Shown here: piece by piece, positions 29,931-40,855 of the stretch
Numbering within the stretch: position 1 is the first letter of the stretch
How the letters are laid out: the number at the start of each line of letters is the position of its first letter
Assembly (NCBI GenBank): GCA_963766715.1
Contig: CAVYBH010000008.1
Location: forward strand, 448,001-512,000
Source of the DNA: an uncultured delta proteobacterium
GTDB taxonomy: Bacteria > Myxococcota > Myxococcia > Myxococcales > Anaeromyxobacteraceae
DNA length: 64,000 nt
Direction of reading: 5' to 3'
Made by a program: the position numbers and the translations under genes
Notes under the pieces: generated by a model
Told to the model about the DNA's origin: nothing
What the model saw: only the letters and a program-made list of their open reading frames with translations
The model's database searches: none

Positions 29931-30648
29931 CTATCCGAGGTCGCCGGCGAGGTGCTGGATCAACGCGGCCGCGGCGACGGCGGCGGTCTCGGCGCGCAGC
30001 ACGCGCGGACCGAGCGAGGCGAGCCGGCACCCGGCGTCGAGGCAGGCGCGCACCTCGCGGTCGGTCAGCCCGCCCTCGGGACCGAGCACGGCGAGGAACC
30101 CCGGAGCCCCGGGACGGACCACCTCCGGGAGCGGGGCGCCCGCGCCGGCGTGGAAGGCGACGCGCTCGAACCCGGGCGGCGCCTCCAGCGCCTGCGCCAG
30201 CGTTCCCGGCACCGCCACCTCGGGGACGTCGGAGCGGCCGCACTGCCGGGCCGCCTCCTCCGCGATCCGGCGCCAGCGCCGGGTCCGCTCCTCGGCCCGG
30301 TCCGGCTCGAGCCGGACCACCGAGCGCTCGGCCTGCCACGGGACCAGGCGCGAGACGCCGAGCTCGGTGCCCTTCTGGACGATCCAGTCCCCCTTCTCGC
30401 CGCGGGCCAGCGCGAAGGCCAGCCACACGGTGGCGCCGGGCAGCGCCGCCGCGCGACGCTCCCCCAGGGCCAGATCACTCCCCGTGAACGTGGCCGTCCA
30501 GGCGGCGCCCGGCGCCGTCGAAGACCTCCACCTGGGCGCCGGGCTCGAGGCGGAGGACGTCGGACAGATAGTGAAGGGAGGCGGGATCGGGCCGGGCCAC
30601 CGGTCCCTCGATCCGCTCGGGGGGCACGTGGACCCGCCGGCGCGTCAC
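29931..30648 (-). CDS. rsmE: 16S rRNA m3U1498 methyltransferase; frameshift ~30480
   Basis: HYLSDVLRL, IVQKGTELGV, EAARQCGR, LGPEGGL, LGPRVLRAETA. Confidence 0.9.
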
Positions 30649-31505
30649 CCGCCCTCCGGGCGGCGGAAGCGGACGAGCGACCACTCGCCGCGGCGCTCCC
30701 CGGGCAGCGGCAGGAGCCCCTGGGCCACGAACGGGGCGCGGACCTCCTCCTCCTGGGGAACCAGGATGCCGGCCAGCACCAGCTCGCCCCCCGGCGCCAT
30801 CCGGCCCGCCAGCTCCGGGGCCAGCTCGACGAGGACGTTGGCCAGGATGTTCGCGACCACGAGGTCGAAGCGACCGGGGATCGCGGCGGGGGGCTCGCCG
30901 GTGAGCTCCAGGTCGGCGCCGTTCCGGGCCGCGTTCTCGGCCGCCACCGCCACCGCCACCGGGTCGTTGTCGTTGGCCGCGACCCGGCCGGCTCCCAGCT
31001 TGCGGGCGGCGATGGCGAGCAGCCCGGACCCGGTTCCGACGTCGAGCACCGAGGCGCCGGGCCGGCGCGCCAGGAAGTCGTCGATGGCGCCCAGGCACAG
31101 GGAGGTGGTGGCGTGCGTCCCGGTCCCGAAGGCCATGCCCGGATCGAGCACCACCTCGGCGGAGCCGGGAGGCGGCGCGGCGTCCACCCACGACGGCCGG
31201 AGGAAGAGGCGCCCCACCGTGATGGGGCCGAGCCCCTTCTTCCACTCCTCGCCCCAGTCGCGGTCGGGGATCTCGGCGACCTCGGCGGGGACCTCCAGGC
31301 CGGCGGCCGCGGCCCGGGCGGCCTCGAGGTCGTCGAAGAAGGCGACCAGCAGCACGCACCCGGCGACGGGCTGGCGCGCGCCGGGCATGGGGGCGAGCCC
31401 GGCCTCCCGCTCCTCGACGCCGGCGGCGCCCTGCTCGAAGAGCCAGGCCGTGCAGTCGTCGGCGCGACCGGAGGGAACCTCGGCGGTGAGCGACCAGGTG
31501 GTCAT
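30645..31505 (-). CDS. prmA: Ribosomal protein L11 methyltransferase
   Basis: LDPGMAFGTGTHATT, VLDVGTGSGLL, VVANILA. Confidence 0.93.
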   Translation of the reverse strand: MTTWSLTAEVPSGRADDCTAWLFEQGAAGVEEREAGLAPMPGARQPVAGCVLLVAFFDDLEAARAAAAGLEVPAEVAEIPDRDWGEEWKKGLGPITVGRLFLRPSWVDAAPPPGSAEVVLDPGMAFGTGTHATTSLCLGAIDDFLARRPGASVLDVGTGSGLLAIAARKLGAGRVAANDNDPVAVAVAAENAARNGADLELTGEPPAAIPGRFDLVVANILANVLVELAPELAGRMAPGGELVLAGILVPQEEEVRAPFVAQGLLPLPGERRGEWSLVRFRRPEGG

Positions 31506-31536
31506 CGGGCGGCAACCTAGCATAGCATCCGCGGCG

Positions 31537-32683
31537 GTGCCGCCCCGCCCCTTCGGAGTCTACGTTCACTATCCGTGGTGCAGCTTCCGCTGCCCGTACT
31601 GCGACTTCGCGGTGTCCACGGACCGCCCCCTGCCGGGCGCGCGCTACGCCGCCGCGGTGGTGGAGGAGATGCGGCGGCGGGCCCCGGCCTTCGCCGGCAG
31701 GGCCTGCGCCACGCTGTACGTGGGAGGCGGGACGCCCTCGCTCTGGGAACCGGAGGCGGTGGCCCGGGTCGTGGAGGCGGCCCGGGCGCTCGGGCTCCCG
31801 GAGGGCGCCGAGGTGACGCTGGAGGCCAACCCGGAGTCGGCCGACGCCCGCCGGGCCGCGGCCTGGCGGGACGCGGGCGTCAACCGGGTCTCGATCGGCG
31901 TGCAGTCCTTCGACGCCGCCGTCCTGCACAAGCTGGGGCGGCGCCACGGGCCGGACGAGGCGGAGCGGGCCATCCGCGAGGTGGCGGGCGTCATCCCCAA
32001 CGTCTCGGTGGACCTCATCTACGGCGGGCGCCGGGCCTCGGTCGGATCGGCGCGCGCCGACGCCGCGCGCCTCACGTCACTCCCGGTGACGCACGTGTCG
32101 GCCTACGCGCTCACCCTCGACGCCGAGGTGCTGGCCGAGGACGTCCCCTTCTCCCGCCTGGCCCGGGAGGGAAAGCTCTCCTTCCCGGACGACGACGAGG
32201 TGCTCGACGAGGGGCGCGCCATCGCGTCCGTTCTCGAGGCGGCCGGCCTGCGGCGCTACGAGATCTCCAACTTCGCGCGCCCCGGGTTCGAGTCGCGCCA
32301 CAACCTCCTGTACTGGCGGTCGGAGGACTACCTGGGCGCAGGGGCCGGCGCCGTCGGATGCGCCCGCACCGAGGACGGCGCGGTGCGCTGGACCAACCAC
32401 CGGGATCACGTCCCCTGGCTCGCCGCCGTGGAGGGCGGCGCGCTCCCCTCCGCCGAGGAGGAGGTGCTCGGGCCCGTCGCGCTCCGCAACGAGCGGGTGA
32501 TGCTCGCCTTGCGCACCACCGAGGGGCTCGAGGCGTCGCTGGCTCTCCCCCGCGCAGCGGCGCGAGGCGGCGGCGCTCGTCGGCGCCGGGCTGGCGACGC
32601 TCCGGGGCGGCCGGCTCGCGCTCACGCCGGAGGGCATGGAGCTTCACAGCGCGGTGGCGGAACGGCTCTTCGAGGACCGGTGA
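31537..32683 (+). CDS. hemW: Radical SAM heme chaperone; frameshift ~32550
   Basis: YVHYPWCSFRCPYCDF (CxxxCxxC), GGGTPS, TLEANP, YEISNFA, HNLLYW. Confidence 0.9.
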
Positions 32684-32774
32684 AGGCCGGCGGGCCCCGA
32701 CCCAAACGCGCCGGCGGATAAGGCGCGGACGGTCGATTCGAAATTCCTGCGCAGCCTCCGGTAAGGCGTCCCGA

Positions 32775-35700
32775 TCAGGGCGCGGCGCCCAGGTCCATGG
32801 GCAGCCCCTGGGCCTCGTCCACCGCCGCGGCGAAGTGGGCGAAGTCGGGGTAGGCGTCCACCGGGATCCGGGCGCGCCGGAGCTCGAGCCGGTCCTCGCG
32901 GACGAGGGTTCCGTCCTCGACGCGCTCCGTCCGGGTGAAGACACCCTGGGGCGCCGTCGCGCCGGTCGCCGGATTCGCGGCGGGGATCGCGCCGGGCGGC
33001 GGCGTCAGCTCGATGTGCAGGGTCGCGCTCTCGTCCGCCCCGAGGAGCAGCGGGCTCTCGCGCGCGGCCATGGGCGCGTAGCGGCTGGCGAGCCGCGCCG
33101 GGTACGGAATCGCGTCGACGGTGAGGCGCCCCCCCGAGGGACGGGCGAGGCCGGAGACCCGGGCGCGGTAGCGGATCACCAGGGGCTCTCCCACCTTGCG
33201 CTCCCCGTCGATCCGGACGTCCTCGACCACCAGCGAGCGGAAGCTGCGGGAGAGCGCCTGCTCCAGCGCCCGGCGGCGCCCGGTCTCGTCGAGCTGCTCG
33301 AGCGCGACCTTCGCGCCTGCCCCGTCGAAGCCGGCGTAGGTCTCGGTGCCCTCGACGGTGGCGTCCCCGCTGGCGTCGACCTGGATGCGAAGCCGCACGT
33401 CGTTCTGGTCGGCGCCCGGGACCGCCGGCGTCCGCTCCCGGCGAAGCGCCTCGCCGGGGCGCGGCAGGACCAGCGCCTCCGAGTCCCGGGCCCCGGGAGG
33501 AAGGGCTCCGAAGGGCGCCCAGCGAACCGACGGCTCGAGCCAGAGGACCTTCCCGTCCGCTTCCGCGCGGATGGCGGCGACGGGGTAGAGCTCGAGGCGC
33601 GGGAAGCGCCAGGGCTGGGGGTCGACGTAGAAGGGGCGGATGAGGGCCACGCGCGCCGGCACGCCCAGGGCGTCGAGCAAGGCGAGCAGCACGAGCGTCC
33701 GGTTGCCGCGCCCCCGGGAGAGGACGTGGCTCGCCTGGTCGGTGAACGGCCCGGTGCCTTCCACCCGATCCATCACGGCCTGGTAGGCGGCGCGGACGAG
33801 CGCCTCGCCGCGCCGCTGTGGCTCGCCCGGCGGGTAGCGCAGCGTGCGGGCCATGGCCTCGATCTCGGCGCTGGGCCGGATGCGCTCCACGAACGCGTCG
33901 GCCGCGGCGAGCGCGACGGCGTCCGTCCCCTCCCCCGACCCGGCCTGGATCATCGGGACGTACTCGGAGATGCCCGGGGCGCCGGGCTCGGCCACGAGGG
34001 CGGCGACCTGGCGCGCCTCGGCCCGCATGACGTCGCGGTCCCCCCGTCGCTCCACCGGCGGAGGCGGCATGTGCCGCACGTCGAGCTCGAGCGCGCCCGC
34101 CGGCGCGGCCACCGCGTAGGTCGACCGGAAGAAGGGCAGCTGCTCGCCCTGGAAGAAGAACGGGTCCGAGCCCCAGCCCGGCACCGCCGGGCCGCGAGCC
34201 GGGTTGGCGCGCAGCCATTCGACCTCGAGGTAGTCGCCGGGCTCGAGCCCGGCCGCCGAGAGCGTCCGCTTGTCGCCGCCGTGCTCCTCCGGCTCGAGGA
34301 CCCTCCCGTCCCGCTTGCGGGTCTTCAGCTGGAGCAGGGCCGCGCCGCCCGGCACCTCGACCTCGCCCCATTTCTCCACGCCGCGCGCGTCGTGGACGTG
34401 GATGACCTGGTGGGTGCGCTCGAGGGTGGAGCCGTCGGCGAGGGCCTCGACGGCGGCCGCGTCGAGGACCAGCGAGGCCGAGGTCGTGACCGGCACCGCC
34501 GCCGCCTCGTAGGCCCGGATGGTGGCCGGGCCGTCGTCGGCGAGGTCCTCGAGGAGCTCGTGGCCGTCCTCGAGGGCGAGCGCGCGCCGGAGCTGGAGGT
34601 CAGACCCGTCGAGGGCGATGGCCCGCTCCCTCGCCGCCCGGGCCGCGCTCCGCTGCCCGGCCAGCTCGAGCAGGTCTCCCAGCCTCCGCTGGAGGCGGGC
34701 GTCGTTCGGCCAGATCCGGGAGATCTCCTCGACCTCGGCGGCGGCGCCGGCCGGGTTGCCCTGGCGCGACGAGGATCCTCGCCAGGGACAGGCGCGCGTC
34801 GATGCGCGTCGGCGCGGACCGGACGACGTCCTTCCAGATCGCCGCGGCGCCCGCGAGATCGCCGCGGGACCGCCGGTGCTCGGCGAGCCGCTCCATTCCC
34901 CCGGGACAGGGGCGCAGCGCCAGGGCGGCCTCGTCCTCGAGGGCCACCGCGTCGCGCCGGCTCGCCATCTCGGAGAGGACCGTCGAGGCGGAGCAGTCCC
35001 CGGCCCGCGAGACCTCGAGCACGATGCTCTCGGCGGCCTCGGGGAAGCTCCGCGCGGCGAGCAGCCGCGCCCGCGCCAGCCGCGCGCGAGGCTGCGCGGC
35101 CGGACGATCGGGAAGGGTCGACAGGAGCACCTCCGCGTCGTCGAGCCGCCCCGCGCCCAGGGCCACCTCGGCCAGCAGCAGCCGGGTCGCGGCGTCGCCC
35201 GGGTCCATCCGGGCGGCCTCCTTCCAGTCGGCCTCCGCACGCGCCCGCGCGGTCCGCTCGGCCTGGGTGGCGTCGCCGGCCACCGCGTCGCCGCGCGCGG
35301 CGCGGACCACGGCCGCCTTCGGGGCGAGCGCCACCGCCTCGTCGAGGAGGACCATGGCGGCTTGCCGGTCGTTGTCGATGCGGTCGCGCGCGGCGACGAG
35401 CCGGGCCAGGGCCGCGCCGCCCGCCGGCTCGAGCGCCTCGGCGAGCGAGCGCGCGGAGAGGATCGGGGCGCTCGGCCGTCCGTCGACCACGGCCGGCCCG
35501 GGCCCCGCCGCCGGCGTCCAGGTCGCCTCGGTCGGGGCGCCGTCGTCGCGCGCGAGCGCGACCGCCAGGGTGGGTCGTGCGGTGCCGCGCGTGAGCTTGA
35601 CGAGGACGCGGTGGGCGCCCGCCGTGAGGTCGAGGGGCACGACCTGGACCGCCGACGGCCACCCCGACCAGGCGAGCCGCTCCGCCCGGGGCACGCCGTC

Positions 35701-36472
35701 GACGAAGAGCCGCGCCGAGGCGGTGGTGCCGAGCGCCAGGAGGAAGCGCCCACCCCGCGCCAGCTCGAGGTCGGCGGCCAGGTACCAGACGTCTCCCGGG
35801 ATCGCCTCGCCGTCGAGGGCCACGGCCCCCTCCGGGATCCGGAGCGGGCGGGACACGAGCGGCGCCGCGCCCGGGCGCTCCCAGCGCGGAAGCCAGGGGC
35901 CTTCCTCCGGCGCGAACCGGCGGCTCATGTCGAGCGCGTGGAGCGCGCCGAAGGGGCCGGCGATGGACCAGGCGGTGACCGCGCCGTTCTGCCCGCGCAG
36001 GCGGATGGCCTCGGCGAAGTCGCCTCGCGTCTCGGCGGCGCCGGCGCGGGCGGCGCGGGCCCGGTAGGCGTGCAGCCCCGTGAACCGGCCGGCGGCGAGC
36101 GCGTCCCGGAGCGCGGCGTCCACGCGCTCGGCGAGCGCCGGCGACGGGCCGCTCGCCTCGCTGAGCCTCCGCATCGCGACGAGCGCGAGCGGGTGGCGGG
36201 GGGCGGCCGCGACCAGGGCGAGCCAGGCGTCCACCTCGTCCTCGGCGTCGAGCGCGCGCTCGGCCAGCATGGCCCGGCCGAGCAGCGGCCACGGGTCGGC
36301 CGGATCGCGGGCGGCGTCGGCGCGGAAGCGGGCCTCGGCGGCGACGGGGTCTCCGCGTCCGAGCCAGTCGTCGAACCCGGAGGGGCCGGCCGCGGGCGCG
36401 GCGAGGGCGGGCGCGGCGAGCCCGAGGAGCAGGGCCAGGAGCGGCCGGGCCAGGAGGCGGATCGGCGTTCAC
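32775..36472 (-). CDS. Secreted TPR + DUF3857 + transglutaminase-like protein lacking the catalytic residues; indels ~36468 and ~34770
   Basis: Signal peptide (PIRLLARPLLALLLGLAAPALA), WSIAGPF...HRVLVKL beta domain, TPRs, LEPGDYLEVEW, degenerate core SRGRGNRTLVLLALL...LWLEP. Confidence 0.75.
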
Positions 36473-36487
36473 GGCGTGCCTCCGTCC

Positions 36488-39400
36488 TCACGCCGGAGGC
36501 GGACGGGCCGCAGGCAGCGCCCGGTCGAGCCCGGAGAGGAACTCCCGGAAGGCCGGGTAGTCGGCCGCGGCGATGCGGCGCGCCGTGACCTGGAAGGAGC
36601 CCTCGGCGACGAGCACCCCGCCCTCCTCCTTCGTGGAGACCGTCCAGGCGCCGAAGGGACCCTCCCGCCGCTCCGGGGCCGGCAGCGACACCGGCTTCAT
36701 CCCGGGCGGGAGCCTGTAACGGAACGTGAACTGGTTGTCGAGGGGGTGCGCCAGCACGAGATCGTACCTGCGGGCGGCCAGCGGCGCGAACGACTCCATC
36801 CAGTTCTGCCCCAGGCCGAACGGGGAGAGCTGGAGGCCCCCGTTCTCCGGACGGGCCAGGCGCGGGACGGCGAGCCGGAAGGTGACGCTCACGTCGTCCT
36901 CGATCCGGGAGAGGTCGCTCGTCTCGACCTTCTCGGCCTTCAGCCCGGGGAAGGTGCGGGCGAAGCTCCGCTCCAGGGCGGCGGTGCGGCCGCTCTCCGA
37001 CTGGTAGCCGCGGCGGAACTCGGGCGCCTGCACGCCGGAGACCCGGGCCGTCCCGTCCACCACGGCCGATCCGTCGGCGGCGAGCGCCACCTGGAAGTCC
37101 GAGCGCATCCGGTCCTGCCCCGGCCCCGCCTCGGGCAGGGTCCGGAAGGTCGGCGGGGCGCCGGGGTTCACCACCAGCACCGTGGCTCCCCGGTCCTCGG
37201 CCGGGAGCTCGCGCGACCCGGAGCCCGTCGCGGTGCCGTCCAGCCAGAGGTCGAGCTCGGGCACGTAGAGGATGGCGTGGTTGAAGACCGCCAGCGAGGC
37301 GGGCGAGGCGGGGAGGTTCCCGAGCCGGCGCATGCGCAGCAGCACCAGGCGCGAGTCGATCCCCGCCGCCTCGAGCAGCGCGTGCATCAGGCTCGCCTTG
37401 TCCTTGCAGTCGCCGAAGCGGCGGGTCAGCACCTGCTCCACCTGGTACGGCTTGTAGCCGTGGATGCCGAACTCCAGCCCCACGTAGCGGGTGCTGGTCA
37501 CCACCTCGTCGTAGACGGCGCGCACGATCTCGGCGCGGAGCTCCTTCTCGGATCGCCCGGCGTTCTCCGGGCGCGCCCGCACCGCGGCCACGATCCGGGC
37601 CGACTCGGCGCGGACCCCGGGACCCGGGCGGAGCTGCTCGCGCACCAGCCCCTCGTAGAACCGGGCCACCTCGTCCCAGCTGCCGTACGTGGAGACGTGG
37701 ACGTAGGGGATCGACTCGGCCATGCCCGGCATGCCCGGCTCGGGCTGCAGGCGGGGCAGGTCGGTGGCGGTCCAGCGGTACTCCCGGACCCCGCCCGGCA
37801 GGTCATTCACGGAACGTGACAGATGGGGAACGGGGGGATCGCTCACGTGCATGGGCCGGGCCGCCGGCGCGAGCAGCACGTAGTCCATCCGGTCCTTGCG
37901 GACGGAGTCGGCGAAGGGGGTGACCTCGCCGAAGTAGTCGGAGAGCAGGTTCTCGCCGGCGACGTCGTCCACCCGCCAGGCCAGCTCCAGCACGTCGCCC
38001 GCGGCCAGCGCCGGCACGATCACCTGCCGGACCCGCGTGTCGTAGTAGAGCCGGTACCAGGGCTCGCTGGTGCTCCGGTCTCCCTCCTGGTGGGTCTCCA
38101 CCACCGTGCCGTCCGCCTTCCACACCCGGGCCCGCTCCACGCGGACGTCCTGCCGCCCGGGCACGTAGCCGATGGGGTGGGCGCGGAACCCGTCGGCGCC
38201 GCGCGCCGTGTGGGCCTTGGCCACGACCTGGTAGTAGGTCGAGGCGAGGCCGGACGGGTAGACCCGGGTGACCTTGGTCTCGGAGAGGATGGCGGCGTCC
38301 TCGTCCCCGCGGCGGGGCGGCGGGTTCCGGGCCAGCGCCGCGGCGTCCACCAGGTAGGGGGTCTCGAACCGCTCCTGCTTCGGCTCGAGCTGCCGGACCA
38401 GCTCCTTCAGCTGCGGGCTCTGCGGCTTCAGCTCGATGGCCTTCTGGAGCTCGACGAGCGCCTCCCCCCGGCGGCCCTCGCGCAAGAGCTGGCGCCCGAG
38501 CCGCTCGTGCACGTCCGGCTCGTCGGGGGAGAGGCGAAGCGCGGCCTGGAAGTCGGCGTCGGCCACGTCGGGGTGGCCGTTGGCGGCGAGCAGCTCGGCG
38601 CGCCGCAGGCGCAGGTACGGGTCGCCGGGCGAGAGCCGGATGGCGTCGCCCAGGAGGTCGAGGGCGCCGTCCAGGTCGCCTCGATCGAGGAGCAGCGTGG
38701 TGAGGGCCCCCCGGGCCTGGACGTCGTCGTGGCGCAGCGCGAGCACCTTCCGGTACCAGCCCATCGCTTCCTCGGTCCGGTCGAGGCGCCTCGCGGCCCG
38801 GGCCGCGCCCTCGGCCGCGCCGGGGAGCCCGGGCATCTCCTCGCCCAGCCGGAGCATCTCGAGCTGCGACCGGGACGGGTACCCGGAGAGCTCCCACGCC
38901 TGCGCGAGCATCCCGCGGACCGAGGCCCAGGCGGGCCAGTCGGCGGCGATCGGCGTCATCTGGCGCACCGCCTCCTGGGGACGCCCGTGGCGCATCTCCT
39001 CCTCGGCGAGCGCCAGGCGGGCCACCGGGCTCGACGGGTCGGCCCGCAGCGCCGCCTCGATCCGCTCCCGCCGGCGGTTCGGGTCCTGGTCCTCCAGGCG
39101 GGCCGCCAGGAGCTGCGCCTCGGCGTCCTTCGGCAGGAGGTCCGCGGCGCGGCGCGCCTCCCGGGCGGGCGCGTGCTCGCCTGCGTCCTCGGTGAGCTTC
39201 TCCCCCAGGGCCACCGCCAGGTCCATGCGGGCCCTTCCCTCGGCCTCCCCGCGCGCGGCGGCCGCCCTCCGCGCCAGCACCGTCACCACCGACTCGACGC
39301 GGGTGGGGCGCGGCGCAGGGCCGGCGGCGAGCGGCGGGGCAGGCGGCATCGGGGCCGGCCGGGTGGCGATGGGCTCGCCGGCCGGGTCGGTGAGGCGCAT

Positions 39401-40177
39401 GGCGAGCCCCATCTCTCCCTGATCCTGGGCGAGCTTGACGAGGATCCGGTTCGGACCCTTGCGCAGGGTGACGTCCACGGCCGCCTGGTCGAGCCGGGCG
39501 GGGTGGTAGGCGGTCTCGGTGAGCACCGGCGTCCCGTTCACCCAGAGTCGAAAGGCCCCGCTGGCCCCGATCCAGAGCCGGGCCCGGCGGGAGGTGGCCA
39601 CCTCCGGCACCGCCAGCGCGTAGACCACCACCTCGCGCTGCGGGCGCACGGCGGTGGAGAGGGCCACGATGCCGCGGAACTCGAGCTCGGGCGGCAGCGG
39701 CCGCCAGCCCACCTCGCGCGCCTTTCCGGGGAAGCGCGCCGACAGGTCGATGGCCCGCTCGGGCGGGAACTCCCGCTCCAGGCCGGCCCGTCCCTCGTTG
39801 TCGAAGGGCCCGGCGATCCACCAGCCGCGCACGAACCCGAGCCTCTCCCGCTCGGCCTCGGCGCGGTTCGGGTTGCCGCCCGTCTCCTCGACCGCGGCGA
39901 GGAACCAGCGCGCCAGCGCCCGGACCTCGGGGTGCGCCCTGGCGTCCTCGGCGATGGCCCGGTACGACGCCGCCGGCCGGGCCAGGTCGGAGAGCGACGG
40001 CTCCATCTCGCGGATCCGGACGAGCGGGGCGATGGCGCGGGGATCGGCGTGGCTCCGGCGCAGGTCCGCGGCGGCCGCCTCGTAGGCGGCGTCGGTCGGA
40101 TCCGCCTTCCCGGACGTGGCGGAGGACGGCCCGGCGGCGAGGAGCGCCAGGGGCAGGAGCAGGAGGGTGAGCGGCAC
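36488..40177 (-). CDS. Secreted TPR + DUF3857 + transglutaminase-like protein with intact Cys-His-Asp triad
   Basis: Signal peptide, WWIAGPFDN...NRILVKL, TPRs, LAAGDVLELAW, RYVGLEFG..YKPY, FGDCKDKA, FNHAI, WLDGT. Confidence 0.85.
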   Translation of the reverse strand: MPLTLLLLPLALLAAGPSSATSGKADPTDAAYEAAAADLRRSHADPRAIAPLVRIREMEPSLSDLARPAASYRAIAEDARAHPEVRALARWFLAAVEETGGNPNRAEAERERLGFVRGWWIAGPFDNEGRAGLEREFPPERAIDLSARFPGKAREVGWRPLPPELEFRGIVALSTAVRPQREVVVYALAVPEVATSRRARLWIGASGAFRLWVNGTPVLTETAYHPARLDQAAVDVTLRKGPNRILVKLAQDQGEMGLAMRLTDPAGEPIATRPAPMPPAPPLAAGPAPRPTRVESVVTVLARRAAAARGEAEGRARMDLAVALGEKLTEDAGEHAPAREARRAADLLPKDAEAQLLAARLEDQDPNRRRERIEAALRADPSSPVARLALAEEEMRHGRPQEAVRQMTPIAADWPAWASVRGMLAQAWELSGYPSRSQLEMLRLGEEMPGLPGAAEGAARAARRLDRTEEAMGWYRKVLALRHDDVQARGALTTLLLDRGDLDGALDLLGDAIRLSPGDPYLRLRRAELLAANGHPDVADADFQAALRLSPDEPDVHERLGRQLLREGRRGEALVELQKAIELKPQSPQLKELVRQLEPKQERFETPYLVDAAALARNPPPRRGDEDAAILSETKVTRVYPSGLASTYYQVVAKAHTARGADGFRAHPIGYVPGRQDVRVERARVWKADGTVVETHQEGDRSTSEPWYRLYYDTRVRQVIVPALAAGDVLELAWRVDDVAGENLLSDYFGEVTPFADSVRKDRMDYVLLAPAARPMHVSDPPVPHLSRSVNDLPGGVREYRWTATDLPRLQPEPGMPGMAESIPYVHVSTYGSWDEVARFYEGLVREQLRPGPGVRAESARIVAAVRARPENAGRSEKELRAEIVRAVYDEVVTSTRYVGLEFGIHGYKPYQVEQVLTRRFGDCKDKASLMHALLEAAGIDSRLVLLRMRRLGNLPASPASLAVFNHAILYVPELDLWLDGTATGSGSRELPAEDRGATVLVVNPGAPPTFRTLPEAGPGQDRMRSDFQVALAADGSAVVDGTARVSGVQAPEFRRGYQSESGRTAALERSFARTFPGLKAEKVETSDLSRIEDDVSVTFRLAVPRLARPENGGLQLSPFGLGQNWMESFAPLAARRYDLVLAHPLDNQFTFRYRLPPGMKPVSLPAPERREGPFGAWTVSTKEEGGVLVAEGSFQVTARRIAAADYPAFREFLSGLDRALPAARPPPA

Positions 40178-40227
40178 GCCCGGAGTCTACCGCCGGAATG
40201 GCCCGCGAATTCCGCCGATCGCCCGGT

Positions 40228-40854
40228 TCAGCCGGCGCAGGCCACCGCGACCACCGTCACGCCCCGGGCCCCCGCATCCAGGAGCGCCCGGGTGGCGGCC
40301 GCGGCGGTGGCCCCCGTGGTCACCACGTCGTCGAGGAGGACGAGATCGAGCCCGGCCACGGCCCCCGAGGCCACGAAGGCGCCCTCGACGTTGCGGGCCC
40401 GCGCGGCGCGATCGAGACCCACCTGCGGCGGGGTCTCCCGGACCCGCCGGATGGAGCCCCGGAGCAGGCGAAGCCCGGCCGCCCGGGCGAAGGCCCCGGC
40501 CAGCAGCATGGCCTGATCGTAGCCGCGGGCGGTGCGGCGCCCCCTGGCCAGGGGCACCCAGGCCACCCGGGCCCCCGGCGGGACGGCGACCCTGCCGGCC
40601 AGCCACCGCCCGAGGGGAGCCGCGGCCTCGGCGCGATCCCCGTACTTGAGGGCGTGGATGGCGTCGGCGATCGGGCCGCCGAAGAGCGCGCCGGCGCGGG
40701 CGCCCGCCGGGCCGGCCGGGGCGGGGTCGATGGCTCCGTCGCAGAGGGCGCAGAAGGGCGAGGGAGCCGCCGGGGCGTCTCCGCAGGCCGGGCAGCGCGG
40801 CGGGAAGGCGAGGTCGACGAGCGCGGCGCCGAAGGCCTGGAGCGCCCCCGCCAC
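40228..40854 (-). CDS. comF: ComF family phosphoribosyltransferase-like protein
   Basis: CPAC..CALC zinc finger, LKYG, RGYDQA, LLDDVVTTGAT. Confidence 0.88.
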   Translation of the reverse strand: MAGALQAFGAALVDLAFPPRCPACGDAPAAPSPFCALCDGAIDPAPAGPAGARAGALFGGPIADAIHALKYGDRAEAAAPLGRWLAGRVAVPPGARVAWVPLARGRRTARGYDQAMLLAGAFARAAGLRLLRGSIRRVRETPPQVGLDRAARARNVEGAFVASGAVAGLDLVLLDDVVTTGATAAAATRALLDAGARGVTVVAVACAG

Positions 40855-40855
40855 T

